This document shows, in pieces, positions 9,901 through 22,000 of a stretch of 64,000 nt of DNA. Within the stretch, counting starts at the first letter, position 1; each line of letters opens with the position of its first letter. The notes beneath the pieces are model-generated. The model saw only the letters and a program-made list of their open reading frames with translations, was not told where the DNA came from and did not search any database. The DNA is from Vicugna vicugna (taxonomy: Eukaryota): the NCBI GenBank assembly GCA_013265495.1, contig MU058009.1, positions 932,001-996,000 on the forward strand, written 5' to 3'. The position numbers were made by a program, and so were the translations under genes.

Positions 9901-12264
9901 GCATTGCTTTATTAGCTCTCCTGAGCTGCAGCAGGTCTGACGTAGCCGTATCTTTCATGTGTTTTTCCTGGAAATTTATGGGCTGTTTTTATGTTTTTGC
10001 TCAAGGTGGTGGTGTCCCTGACTGAACTTCACGCTGTCTCATACTGAGCCTCCCCCTGCTCAGACGTAGGGTTTCTCTCTCGTCCAGAAGCACAGCTCTC
10101 AAGGGGAAAAGAGGAAGCGGAGACAGCGATGGCCAGAGGATGCTTAAGATACAAGGAATTATTACAGCTTAGGGTGAGGGCTGCAGGAGAAGGCCACACT
10201 GAGAATGATTTAAGAGTAGTAGTTAATAGCAGTTTTTCTGCCAGGTACTCAGGCATGAAGGTCAAAAAAGCAAAACTTCCGGCTGTAGCTTTTATTTATT
10301 CAAGCATATTTGGAGAGTTAGAAGGTGGCCTTTGATTAAAAAAAAAAATAAGCTTGTCTTGAATGCCTCTGGTCTTTCTTTTTCTTTTCCCACCACAGTG
10401 GGGTCCTGCTGCTCGATGGTGAGACAGAACAAGTCGGGGTGCTCTGGGTGGGAGACCCTAGAACAGTAAATATTTTGTAAATAATGGGCCAGCCTCCTGG
10501 GGCCTGTGGAGGGTCTCCGGGATTCTCATGAGGCTGGGACGGGGGGTGCTGTGAAGGAGAAGGGGGGTGAGCGATGGAGGGGAGTTTGAGGAGGACCAGG
10601 CAGGGGCTCTGTTTATTACACGTCTCAGCGCCCCAGATCAGCATGAAGTGGAAACATCATTGAACGTGGTCCCTGGGAATCTGCTACCATCACTGCTGGC
10701 TAGAGACATAGGTCTGTAATAAGAAAAAGAGACATTATAAGATTTATTTTTTCAAAACTGTGTGCTCATCGAGGTCATTGTGAGAGACCCATTAAACTAT
10801 TTCTGATTAGTTGCTCGCCCCGCACCTGGACACACGCCTACACAGTAACTAGTATGCACCCCCTGAGTAGGTAGACAGTTTACCTCTGGATTTTATTTAT
10901 CGTGATGCTGAATTTAGTGCACTTTTAATCTTTGAGGATCAGTATTGCCTGGTTCTCTATTTAGGATTCACCAAAAACCGGGAAGGAGAGGAGAGACAAT
11001 GTGGGGAGGACACTGGTGAGTCTGTTAGAAATCCGAAGTGTGATGGAGGAAGAAGCAGGAGCAGAGTTAGGGGGACCCGGGCAGGCTGGGCAGGTACGTC
11101 TAGTAAGAAGAGGTTTGAAAAAAAGGAAAACTGAAGGCCGTGAAGTACAGGAAAGGAAACGGTTAGTGATCTCAGATAAGCACACCTTTTTTTTAAAGTG
11201 TGGCTACATTCAGCCCCATTAGTGTTGCCAAAGTGAGCAGGCATCAGGAAGAGAGATGCCGGCTCTCAGATACGGAGGCTACGGCGAAACGTCTCACCCA
11301 GACCTGCGTGTGTCTTGCTCCCTTGCATTAGTGGCCCCAGCGATGGGCCTGTCATTTCCCAGCACACTTAGCACACCCTGCCCAGCACAGGGAGCAATGA
11401 AAGGGGTCCGAGTCCGAGGGGAGCCTGATCTTCAGAAATACCTAGCGACAAACAGTCCCAGGAGGATGGCCACGGGGAAACGGCAGAGAAGACTGAATTA
11501 TTATGATTTACCTTCTCCTGCTAATTGGGTCCCTTTGCACCCCAGGAGACTTCCAGGGGGAAAAAATCAGCTTGTTTCTCTCCTTTCATATGGAGTGTAG
11601 CTTTTTGAGATCTCACTCCATATTCCTTACATCCTTAAAGAAATACTCTTCAGATAAGACCAGTTTCTGGAAGGGGTGGGGCTCAGAGACCTTCTAGCAT
11701 TTGGGCTAGAAGGTGGAGCGAATTCTTCCCTGACCTGAGACAGAAAATGCCTCTCAAATTCTTTTCTGTCTCTTATGAAGAGGTCTGAAGTCCAGAAGCC
11801 TCACCACCTTCGCTTCTTTTCTTGATCTCAATCTTTTTCATCGGGGTCTGTCTCCACCGGTGAAGATGCTGCAGGGCTGGGCTTCCACAGACTCTCCCTT
11901 CAAAACCTAGGGGATTTCAGGCTTGGCCCTAAATCAGAGAGGTAACTCAGTGACCGGAAATAACTCTACTCTCATAGTTGGGGATCTGGTCATTCCAGAG
12001 GTTGCCGAGTTAGCTGCTTCTGGAAAATAAATGACCCGGGATTCTTGGCTAAGGGCATTCTACTGGCCCTGTTTCTTCAAGCAGTTGCGTTCCTGCGTCT
12101 CTTGCAGAAGGATTACTCAGCTCCCACTCCAGGGCTTGCCTCAGGCGCGCATTTGAGCCCCACCCTCTTCTGAATTTTCGCTTGTTTTAAATTGCTGTTG
12201 TTGTTTTCCAAGCTTTTGTCTCTGAATCTTTTGCAACCAAGGTCTGATGACTATTTGGGAGAGT

Positions 12265-12305
12265 GAAAAAAAAAAAAAAAAGAGAGAGAGAGAGAGAGAG
12301 AAAGA
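12265..12305. repeat. Poly(A) followed by (GA)n microsatellite
   Basis: Seen directly. Confidence 0.9.
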
Positions 12306-12559
12306 GACAAACAGGAAATGAGTCCCAACCTAGAGGCTCATGAAGGTAACTGGAAAGTCCAGGAGCTACTTTTACTGTTTCAAACATGAGAACCAAATCT
12401 TTATTTGGGGAACGGTGTAATAGATTCAGTAAGATGTTTTGAATCTTTCCTTTCTCTGGGAATTAGATCAGCCCACCAGGGGGATTCTGTTTATCAGAAG
12501 CTGAGCAGAAGCTGTGATTGGCTTTGACGCCACTGTCTTTATTTTTTTTCCATTGTGTG

Positions 12560-12745
12560 TCTTCTAATATTAATATTATTTACTTATTCGTGACTTTTGT
12601 TGCATTTTGTTAGTCTCCCCCAACTAGAACATAAGCTCTGTGAGGTCAGAGAAGTTTTACTTTTCTGTCCCCTATTATAACCTAAGCACCCAGAACAGTG
12701 CAAGGAAAGCATGACGTATTGTGCAAAGCAAATGAACGAACGAGT
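12560..12745 (+). mobile_element. L2 3' end
   Basis: gtctcccccaactagaacataagctctgtgaggtcagaga...cctaagcacccagaacagtgc...aaatgaacgaacga. Confidence 0.8.
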
Positions 12746-12919
12746 ATTTACAGGAAGTTTCAATCCAGGTCAATAATTTGTTACAGAGTTCCTACTCTGT
12801 TCTACACCCTGTTCTAGTCACAGAATGGAGACGCAGACTATCAAGGGTTCTTCACATCTACTTACCTATCTAGGTCAGCTGTACTGGATGACACTACCTT
12901 TTAAAGGAAGCCTTTAACG

Positions 12920-13160
12920 AAGGCAGCATAATATTCCGGCAGGCGTCTGAGCTGGGTATTTGCAGTTCACTGACCCCCGGGCACCTATCCCAGGTAAGGT
13001 GCATCTCTGTCCTGGAACTTAGTTTCTGCATCTATAATGGATGATCACAAAACCAACTTCACTGGGTCTTTGAGAGACTAAAGTGAGATAATGCATGCAT
13101 CAAGCACCTAGCTTGTTGTTTGTCTTATAGTATGCATTCGACAAATCTTAATTCTTCTCT
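12920..13160 (+). mobile_element. MIR SINE
   Basis: cttagtttctgcatctataatgg...gagactaaagtgagataatgcatg...aagcacctagc. Confidence 0.75.
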
Positions 13161-13949
13161 TCTTAACTTTGACAGGCAATAAAGCCAAGGGGAGAACAGG
13201 CGATAAAGTGATGCATTTTCACAGCAACAGCTCGCAGGGGGTAAGGATTATTCAGTTTATGAATTCTTGACAGCTTCTTACTTCCGAGCACGTGAAGAAA
13301 ATATATCATCACTAAAAATTGCTTTTCAGGCCATTAACCTATCTTATTGGGGCAACTAAAAATATCATTTAATTCTTGAATTACTCCAGCTATTTCTTAC
13401 ATGTGTGTATGGTACCCACCCCCTTTCAGCGACATGATAAAATCTACCTTTGTCTCCCATGAGGTCTTATCAGTTTTGTAAGGAGTGTTCAATACATTTT
13501 GCTCATAAGATGTTCAGTGAAAGTCCCCCCCCCATTTTGTTAAACCTCCCAGGCTGTGCTTTCAGCAGAGAAACCCCCTTAGTCCTGCCCACTCAGCCCA
13601 TCAGACTTAGCTCTGTCTCCCCTCGTGGGAATTCCCAATGCAGGTTCCAAAGGGAGACAGAACTGGCTTCTCCCGTGTGCCTCTGGGGCGCCGGGGTCTC
13701 TGGCTTTACTGCTGCCGTGTTTCTGAGGGCGCTTGCTGGGGGCTGGTGCCAAAGGGCTGCCAGTGGACCTGGGCATCCTCCCAAATTTCACACACAACTG
13801 GGAAAACATTAGGCTCTTCTGGGGATACAATTGACTAGGTGGCATTAAGCAAACTGCCTGAGCGTTGATGACTAAACGAGGCCTTGGGGTTCCAGCATGA
13901 GCATAAAAAAAAAAAAAAAAGAATTCAGGAAGGTAACAGCCTAGACACT

Positions 13950-14115
13950 TACCCAGTTTTTCTCAAGTTGTCTGAGCCCTATTTTCAAAAGAATCACCCA
14001 GAAAACTTTTAAAAGAGAGATTCAGAGGGCCAGCTCTAGACCTTCTAAGTCAGAAAGTCTGTATTTAAACAAAACAGAAACAACAAAAAACTTCCCGGAA
14101 GATCTTTGTGTGACC
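13950..14115. mobile_element. MER5-like hAT-Charlie remnant
   Basis: cagtttttctcaag...agaatcaccc...gattcagagggccagctctagaccttctaagtcagaa...tgtatttaaac. Confidence 0.5.
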
Positions 14116-14329
14116 AACCCCAACCACTCACAGCAGAGCCACTAATTGCCCCGCCCTTTTTGCTGGCCAGAGCTGTAAATGCACCAGCGTGTTCTGCACT
14201 GTTGTTTCCTCCAGGTAAAGCTCATACCCTTCGTTAGATGGAAACCCATGCCGTGGCGCATCTCTGCCCCCCTTTCTGGGCAGCCTCTCCGCTCTCCATC
14301 TGGTGGACTCTTGTCTGTTACCACCGGGC

Positions 14330-14610
14330 TCTGCTCGTCTCTGATCTCCTGTGTGAAGCCTTTCCCAGCTGACCCGGGGGGAACAAATGTCTCCCTGACC
14401 ACATTTTCATTTGTACTTCTCTCCATCTCCGCGCTTCTCAAAATATTTGAAATTATCTGTTTGCCTACATCTTTTCCCACCAAACAGTCAGCTCTTCCAG
14501 GGGAGGGATAATGGCATTTTCATTCTTATGTCTCCTCTAGGATCTAACATATTTAAAACATTATTTAAATGAATGCATTGATGAATAAATAAATTCTTGG
14601 ATGAATGTTT
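14330..14610 (+). mobile_element. L2 3' end
   Basis: tcctgtgtgaagcctttccc...cagctcttccaggggaggga...aaatgaatgcattgatgaataaat. Confidence 0.65.
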
Positions 14611-15159
14611 AATTAATTAGGAAAATCATGACTTTTCCCCAGAGGAAAGGGCTCCAGGAAAAGCACGGGGGCTGGTTATTTCACATGGCGGCCTTCTCGC
14701 CGCCGGCCCTGTCTTCGCCCACCCCCGCACAGGCAGGGCACCCCGCTGGAGGCAAAGGGACGACAGGGCCGAGGGAAGTTGCGCCAACCCCAAATCAGAA
14801 AATTTGCCTCTCTCTGTGAGCTAGAGCTTGTTACCTGGGGAACCAGATTTATCTCTGTGTCCTCGATACAGTACATCTCAATGAGGGCACTTTTTAATAA
14901 CCAATTGATGTGTAATTGCCTGTATAAATTATGTATCTCTTGTCCAGCTCCGGCTCTGATGCACTGAGTGAATGATGGGGAGAAACTCCTCTCCGGGTTA
15001 TTCTGTGGCTGGCATGGTACGATCGCAGGGCCCTTCAGAGAGTCTGTTGAGTGGAAGCAATTCACTTATTTTGGGCTTTGCCGGCATTTTTGAAGAGAAG
15101 ATGGGAAATGAAAAACAATCGTGGGAATCTGCAAATTCATGTGGCAACCGGAGAAGCAG

Positions 15160-15295
15160 GAATACAGAATTACTGAAATTTTAGACCTAAAGGACCTCAA
15201 GATCACAGGGGTCAACTTCCTAGTGGTTTAATCTCCTGAATAAAAGACACGGGAAGGGGGTGTTTGGCCTCAGCTTGAATATCTTCAGTGGTGTG
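15160..15295. mobile_element. L3/CR1- or MIR3-like ancient fragment
   Basis: gaaattttagacctaaaggacctcaagatca and gcctcagcttgaatatcttcagtg resemble L3 motifs. Confidence 0.4.
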
Positions 15296-15299
15296 AAGT

Positions 15300-15470
15300 G
15301 GGTGGCGTGGTGGGAAGAGCAAAGCGTTGGTTGTTAGACAAAACAGATCAATCCGCGAGTGACCGTGTCAAGAGACTGAAGTCTCCCTGGGCCTCAATTT
15401 CTTTGTGAAATGGGAGTGAGAATGCTTATCTCACTGAGTTTCTATGACAACTAACTGAAAACGTCTACAA
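15300..15470 (+). mobile_element. MIR SINE
   Basis: gtggtgggaagagca...ctccctgggcctcaatttctttgtgaaatgggagtgagaat. Confidence 0.7.
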
Positions 15471-16249
15471 TGAGAATAATACTTTGAAAATATGAAATTT
15501 ATAAACATTCCATTCTCTCGACACTCCCCATCACAAGCCATGCTCCCTTACAGCCATTCCACGGTTAGAATCGTTGAGAATGAGGAGGTGGCAGCCACCT
15601 CTCAAGGAAGATGTCACATAGGGATGTCATCTCCACCAAGGATGGGGAGGGAAAAAAGGTCCTTCCAGTTCCCAGGGAGCATGGGAGAGGCGGGAGAGGC
15701 AGATGTGTGGGAAGCCTGGTTTTCAGTATTTGTGTCCCCGCTTTCGGGAAAACCCTGGGGAGGAGGTGGAGCTGGAAGCTTTGAGCGGAGTGCTGAAGAT
15801 GAAGGCGTAAATATTCTTTCCTTACGCACAGTCTAGGAGGAGAACACTGACACAGAGTTGTCTCCTGGCAACAGTGGGCATCAGTAGAATAGAAATGGTC
15901 AGGGTTAGGGCACGAGCACATTTGGGCAGAGAGATGGCATGTGTTGGCCTTTGTGGTCTCTGTCAGCTCCCGTGGAAGGGATCTGTGAGTCTCTCAGCAG
16001 CCTTCAGGGCCAGCAGAAGTAGCCCGTTTCAGAGCTTTGGGCCTGCTGTGGAGATGCCAAGTCGAGCAGAGAGATGTCCCCATTGCCTCTCCATTGCAGG
16101 GTGTTTGGCCTAAACCCCAGGCCAGATGAGGAATGTGGCCAAGACCCACGGAGCCTTTCGTACCAGGAGATGAAGTGGGCCTGGTCAGCAAGAGTGGTCC
16201 GGAAGGGCCTGACCAGGCCAAGAGAACAAAGTGTAAAAGCGCCCGCCCG

Positions 16250-16360
16250 ACTCTGTTTACAGATGAGAATGCAGGGCTTGGGTTGGTTAAACAACTCTCT
16301 CAGGAGTACACACATGCTAAGTGGTGAAGCCAGCACTCAGCGCTCGGTCTAGACGGCTAT
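16250..16360 (-). mobile_element. MIR fragment
   Basis: tgtttacagatgagaatgcagggctt...ggttaaacaact...ctaagtggtgaagccag. Confidence 0.65.
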
Positions 16361-16859
16361 CGAGCCTCAGGGAGATCTTCCAAGGCAGCTACTCAACGAG
16401 TCAAAAGCCGTCTATTTGCTTAAATTCTCCGACTTGCTCAGAGGGGCGTCAGTGGAGAAGCAGGCACTCGGTGTCCCCTGGACACCAGGCGGGTTCTCTG
16501 GGCTGCTTTCCTTCTCCCTGAGAGGGGAAATCGAGCAGGAAACAGAGTGAAGGTGCAACCTTCTGGCCAGAAAACATGTTTTATTCACCTCTTCACGTGT
16601 GCTGGGTGGTACACAAGTCATGTTTCTTAAATACAATCTGTGCTCTCTAAGAACTCGGAAAAAAATAGCCAGTGTCACAAACACTTATGGGTACAGACCG
16701 GGTGTGGATTGAAGACACCCTCGTATTACAGGACAGTGCATTTGCCAAATAAACTATCACGAGTGATACGCGGGAGGGTGAACGCCTACCAGGGAGCCGG
16801 ATGAAGGGAGTCTGACCGCAAAGGAGCAGGGTAGTGCAGAGGAGAATTCTGGGCACAAA

Positions 16860-17005
16860 GTTTGATCTTGGGGAACTTACTTCACCCTACTAGCCTCAGT
16901 TTTCTCATCTATAAATGGGAACACTTTAAAGCCTCATACGTCTGTTTTAAAGATTACACGACAGAGTGTACATAAAATACGTCGCTCAAGTCCTGGGAGC
17001 TGCTG
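16860..17005 (+). mobile_element. MIR SINE
   Basis: tgatcttggggaacttacttcacc...gcctcagttttctcatctataaatgggaa. Confidence 0.8.
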
Positions 17006-18129
17006 AGTGTTGCTCTTGCTCCGACCATTGCGATTTCTTAGCACAGACTTGTGAGGCCCTGGAAAGACCATCAGCCGTGCCTACATCCATGGGGAGGAGG
17101 AAGTTCCAAGGGAGCCGATGTTTTCTTCCCGCTTCTCCAGGGAAGAACAGATGTAGGGGCGCCCTGCTGGCGTCATGCTGGCGCTCCTCGCCAGGCATTT
17201 AGTCAGATGCGCTGTCTTCCCACCCGCAGCGGCCCCAAGTGGACACGCCCTAATCACAGCCCAGCCGTGGTCCCACGGGGGAGGTTTCTAACCTTGTGCG
17301 TGGGGCGGGGCTGCCCAGCTCCCCCGGGGAAGCAAAGTTCCTTCCGTGCACACCCCCAGCTCCCCAGAAATGAAGACCATTAATTTTCCTCTATGTGATG
17401 TCTTGCTTTGTTTGAAATGATCTTGAAATAATTTTCTCACTTACTTTTAATCCTTTTAAACAAGGCTTCTGATGGAGAACTCAAAGAATTAGCAACAAGG
17501 GATAATTTATTATGCCATGTTTCGATACATTAATAAGATCATTTTATACCTGGTTAAACTGAGAGCGAACTGAATTCAGTCTCATCTTAATTACAGTCAT
17601 TCTGACTCTCTGATGTCCACGTCTTACCCTACTCACCGGGTTTTCTAATGTGAATGCACAGGTAATTCCGTGGGCTTGCCTCCACTTTCACAGCCTAGGT
17701 GGAAAATGCCTTTCTTCTTCAATGGCCCTAAAAGGTGAACCGCTGTCTGAGGAATTCACTTTTTATTTTCTTGGTAACTTGCTCTGACCTTGGCTCTTAA
17801 CCTTGGTGCCCTAGACACAATGAGAATCACCAGGAATTGTAAAGTGAGTTGAGCCATGTGAGTAAGAGGTGCATAAGTGCCTGGGGGGGGGTGCCTGTAC
17901 AACTGAATTCAGAGCAGAGTGGATGGGGCGGGTGAATCACTTAAGATGATAGAAGAGCTGATCGGAGACTTGGAGGCCCTGTCTTTTTGAATTAATTAAT
18001 TACACTCCTGTGCCACTCCCTGGCAACAGAGGTCTTTAAAGGCCTTCGAGTTGAAATCTAGTATTACCACTGAGGCTAGTGGGTTTTTTTAATTCCTCCG
18101 CCCTGATCCTTCTGAACTGATGATTATGA

Positions 18130-18335
18130 ATACTAACAGCTTCTATTAATTGAATGTCTATTATTTGCAGTAATTTTGCATATATTATCCTTGATTCTTC
18201 TAAAAATTCTTTAAAGTGGATTTAAAGTCCTGTTTTTGTAGGCAAAAACCCAAAATCGTAAGCATTAATACAAATATCCTATGATTTTATGTCTCGTGAG
18301 CCATAGAGTTGGAATTCATGCCTAGAAGCCCTGAC
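18130..18335 (-). mobile_element. MIR SINE (degraded)
   Basis: taattgaatgtctattatttgc...ttgcatatattatcc...cctgtttttgtagg...agagttggaattcatgcctag. Confidence 0.55.
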
Positions 18336-18658
18336 CCTCCCTTACTTCTCACCTTGGCCCGAATCTCCATAAAGCAGCATCCTCAGGGGAAGGCAGTTTG
18401 CAGGGCTCAGAGAGGCCCTGGTTCCCAGCAGCTCCAGTGACAGCTGCAGGTGGAGTGGACCAAGAGATGGAGGCTGCAGGCTGTTTTCAGAGCCAGCCCC
18501 AGTCCCAGGTGATGACGGCTTATGTCCCTGCAAACCACCTGAACCCAGATAGGACCTTCCTCAGGCAGCCGAGCCAAGGGGGAGCCACTCCGCACAGCAG
18601 TCTTCTGAACGCAGAGGGCAGCTTGGCCTTGGAAAGGGAAGGATACAACGTTTTGGAG

Positions 18659-18976
18659 CAGAGTCGGCCAACTTTCTATAAAAGGCCAGGGAGCAAATAT
18701 TTCAGCCTGGTGGGCCATTATGTCCTCTGTCACAACCGCTCAAGTTGTCCTTGTAGAGAAGGCAGACAGACACAATGGGCCAACAGTTGGATGTTACAAT
18801 AAAACTTTATTTGTAGACACTGAAATTTGAATTCCATATAATTTTCATGTATCACAACATATTATTCTTCTGATTTTTCCCCCCATTTTAAATGTGAGAA
18901 TTATGCTTAGTTTATCACTATTCTTAACAGGTGGTGGACCAGATTTGGCCTCCAGTCTGTAGTTGGCTGACCGCTG
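18659..18976 (+). mobile_element. MER58B (hAT-Charlie) full-length MITE with TIRs and 8-bp TSD
   Basis: TIRs cagagtcggccaact / agttggctgaccgctg; TSD ttttggag (18651-18658) / ttttagag (18977-18984); internal aataaaactttattt...cactgaaatttgaatt. Confidence 0.9.
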
Positions 18977-19084
18977 TTTTAGAGAATCACAGGATTTTTA
19001 ATTTGCGATTTCCAATAACAGCAAGTAATTTCTGAGTGGGCATTGTAGATCAGGGATTGTGCTGTGTACTTTGTCTCACCTAAG

Positions 19085-22000
19085 ACCCAGGTTAATGCTT
19101 TATTTTAAGTTATAAAATAATTCCTACATATAAAAGTATATATATATTTCATATATATATAAAACAGGAAAAATCTGTAAGTAATAATATTAGCACAAAC
19201 GAATATGTAACCAACACCTTAAAAAGTATAAATTGCTAATCCCTTTGAACTACTGGTCTTTCCCCTATATTAAACCCTCTCTATCTTAACAAGAGGTAAA
19301 TTTCTCATGACTAGGGAATTAAGCACTTTTTCGTATATTTATTAGTCATTTGGAATTTTGCTTTTGCGAAGTGTCTGTTCACATCGTTGGTTCCCTTCAC
19401 TTTGTATTTTTTCTTTGTTCTGTGTCCATGCTCTTTGTCGCTTGCAAAAATTACAAAGGTATTCTCTTTGTATATTGTTCTTTGACTTTATGCCGCCCTT
19501 TGACGAACAGAAGTCTTCGACATAACGCAGCTCATCACCGATGCTCTTTCTCTTTTAATAAAACAATGCTTTACTATCTTGAAGTCAATGAAGGTATTCT
19601 TCTATGTTATCATTTAGGATATCTGTAATTTTTATTTTTGGATTTTTAAAATCCTCCACCCGGGGACTGATTTTTAATCTTATTTTTGTATGTGAAACAG
19701 AGTTTCAGTTTCTTTCTTCCTTCTTTTCTTTTTTCCTTCTTTTTTTTTTAAGGGTAGAGATATCCAATTATTTCAGGAATATTGTTTAAAGGGTATCCTT
19801 TCCTAGTGAACCAAAATGCCAGCTCTGTCAGAAGTAGCCATCTTTATACACCTGGACCAGTTTCTGGGATTTATGTCCTATTTCATGGGTCTCTATGTCT
19901 ACTTTTATTCCAACATTATGCTGTCTTAGTATAGCTTTATAATAAACCTTGATATTTAATAGAGCTATGAGTTCTGTGTTGGGAAAAGAGAGAAATGGGA
20001 TTGATGACGGAAGACTGGAAAACTTGGTCCCTTTCAAATGCTGATCTGTGAACAAGGCACATTTCTTTACCTCCAGTCAGTGTTGAATAGAAGTGGTAAT
20101 AGTGGTAATTTAACTTTTTTTCTGATATTAAGGGTAAAGCTTTCTGAAGTAGGCAGACTTCTAAGATGGCTGAAATGATGTCTGCATCCTTGAATTCACA
20201 CCTTTCAACATTAAGTATGATGCTAACTTTGTTTTTTTCACAGATGCCTTCAATCAACTTGAGGAAGCTAATTTTTTCCATTTAGAGTTTTTTGAACATT
20301 TTAATCATGAATGAGTATCGGGTTTCTCAAATGCTTTTTCTGCATCTATTGGGATGATCTCTTGGCTATTATTCATTATTACTGTGGTATATATCATATT
20401 AATTGATTCTGGGATGTTAAACAAACGTTGCATTCCTAGGATAAATCTAACTTTGTCTAACTGTATGATCCTTTTTATATGTTGCTGGATTTGATTTGCT
20501 AGTGTTTCTTGCTTTTTTGTTTTTGTCATATGTACAAGAGATATTGATCTATATTTTTTTAATGATGTCTTTGATTTGGCATCAGGAGAGAAATGATCTC
20601 AGAATAAATTGAGGTGTGTTCCTTCCTACTCTATTACTTTGGAAAATTTGTCTAAGAATTAGTTATATATATATATTAATATTTGGTAGAATTTACCAGT
20701 GAAGTCATCTGGGCCTAAGAGCACAGATATTTATAATTGTTAATATTCCTAATAGACTTACCCTTTTAAAATCATTAAATGTCCCATTTAATTTCTACAT
20801 TTTTGTCTAATAATATTACTATCACTTCATCTATTTTATGCTGCTGTTTGCATAGAACATCTGTTCTCATCCTTTAACTTTCAGTCTGTTGGTATCGTGA
20901 AGCCTGCAGTGTCTCCTACTTAAGGTTGGATCTTTATTTTCTTCCTAATTGAGTGTGGTTAGTTTTTGATTAAATTGTTTAATCCATTCACATTTAACTT
21001 TGGTTTTGATATGGTTGGATTCATTTCCCTTTTTTACTGTATGTTTTATGTCTTCTTTGTTCTTCTGTTCCTCCTTTATTGCTTTATTTTGTGTTAATTG
21101 GATATTTTGTAGTGTTATACTTTAATTCCTCTGGTAACTTTAAAATAATTTTTGAGCTATTTCCTTAGTGATTCTTCTGAGATTTACAAAATACATCTTA
21201 ATTTATCATAACCTATTTCAGATTCAAACTTAGTTTGAAGCATACTGAATATCACTCAGTTTCAGTGATATCTAAAACTCTGTTTCTGTGTAGCTCCAAT
21301 CCTTCCCCCACCTTTTTTGGGCCATTATTGTTATCTGTATAAGTCTATATATATTACAAATATAACACTATTTTTTATAATTATTACTTCATAGAATCTT
21401 ATGTCTTTTTAACAGGCTGAGCAAAGAAAAAAGAGCAAGCATAAATTTACATAATTTGTTATATTAACTTTTTTATTCTTTCTGATTCTCTTATTTTGTA
21501 ATCCCTTCAGTAATGACTGAGAGTTCCTGTTTCTCTGCATCCTTGCCAGCATTTGATGTTGTCAGTATTTTGGATTTTAGTCATTTTAGTAGGTGTGTAG
21601 TGGCAGCTCATTGCTTTAATTTGCAATCCCTTTCTATACATGATGTTGAAAATCTTTTCATGTGCCTATTTGCCATCTGTATATATTCTTCAGTGAGGTA
21701 TCTGTTCACATATTTTACCCATTTTTAATGGAGTTGTTCATTTTCTTATTGCTGAGTTTTAAGAGTCCTTTGTATATTTTAGACATCAGTCCTTTATCAT
21801 ATACGTGTTTTACAGATATTTTCTTCCAGTCTTATTCTCTTGATATGCCTTTCACAGAGCAGAAGTTTCTAATTTTCATTGAAGTTTCTAGCTTTAATTA
21901 AGTGCAACTTATCAATTATTTCTTTAATGGACCACGCTTTTGGTACTGCATCTAACAAGTTGTTTCCAAACCAAAGGTGATCTAAATTTTTTCCTATGTT

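Noticed and set aside
12243..12270. Hammerhead-like CTGATGA...GAAA
   Set aside because: No stem II closing pair and no stems I/III; the other CTGATGA occurrences I examined also failed.
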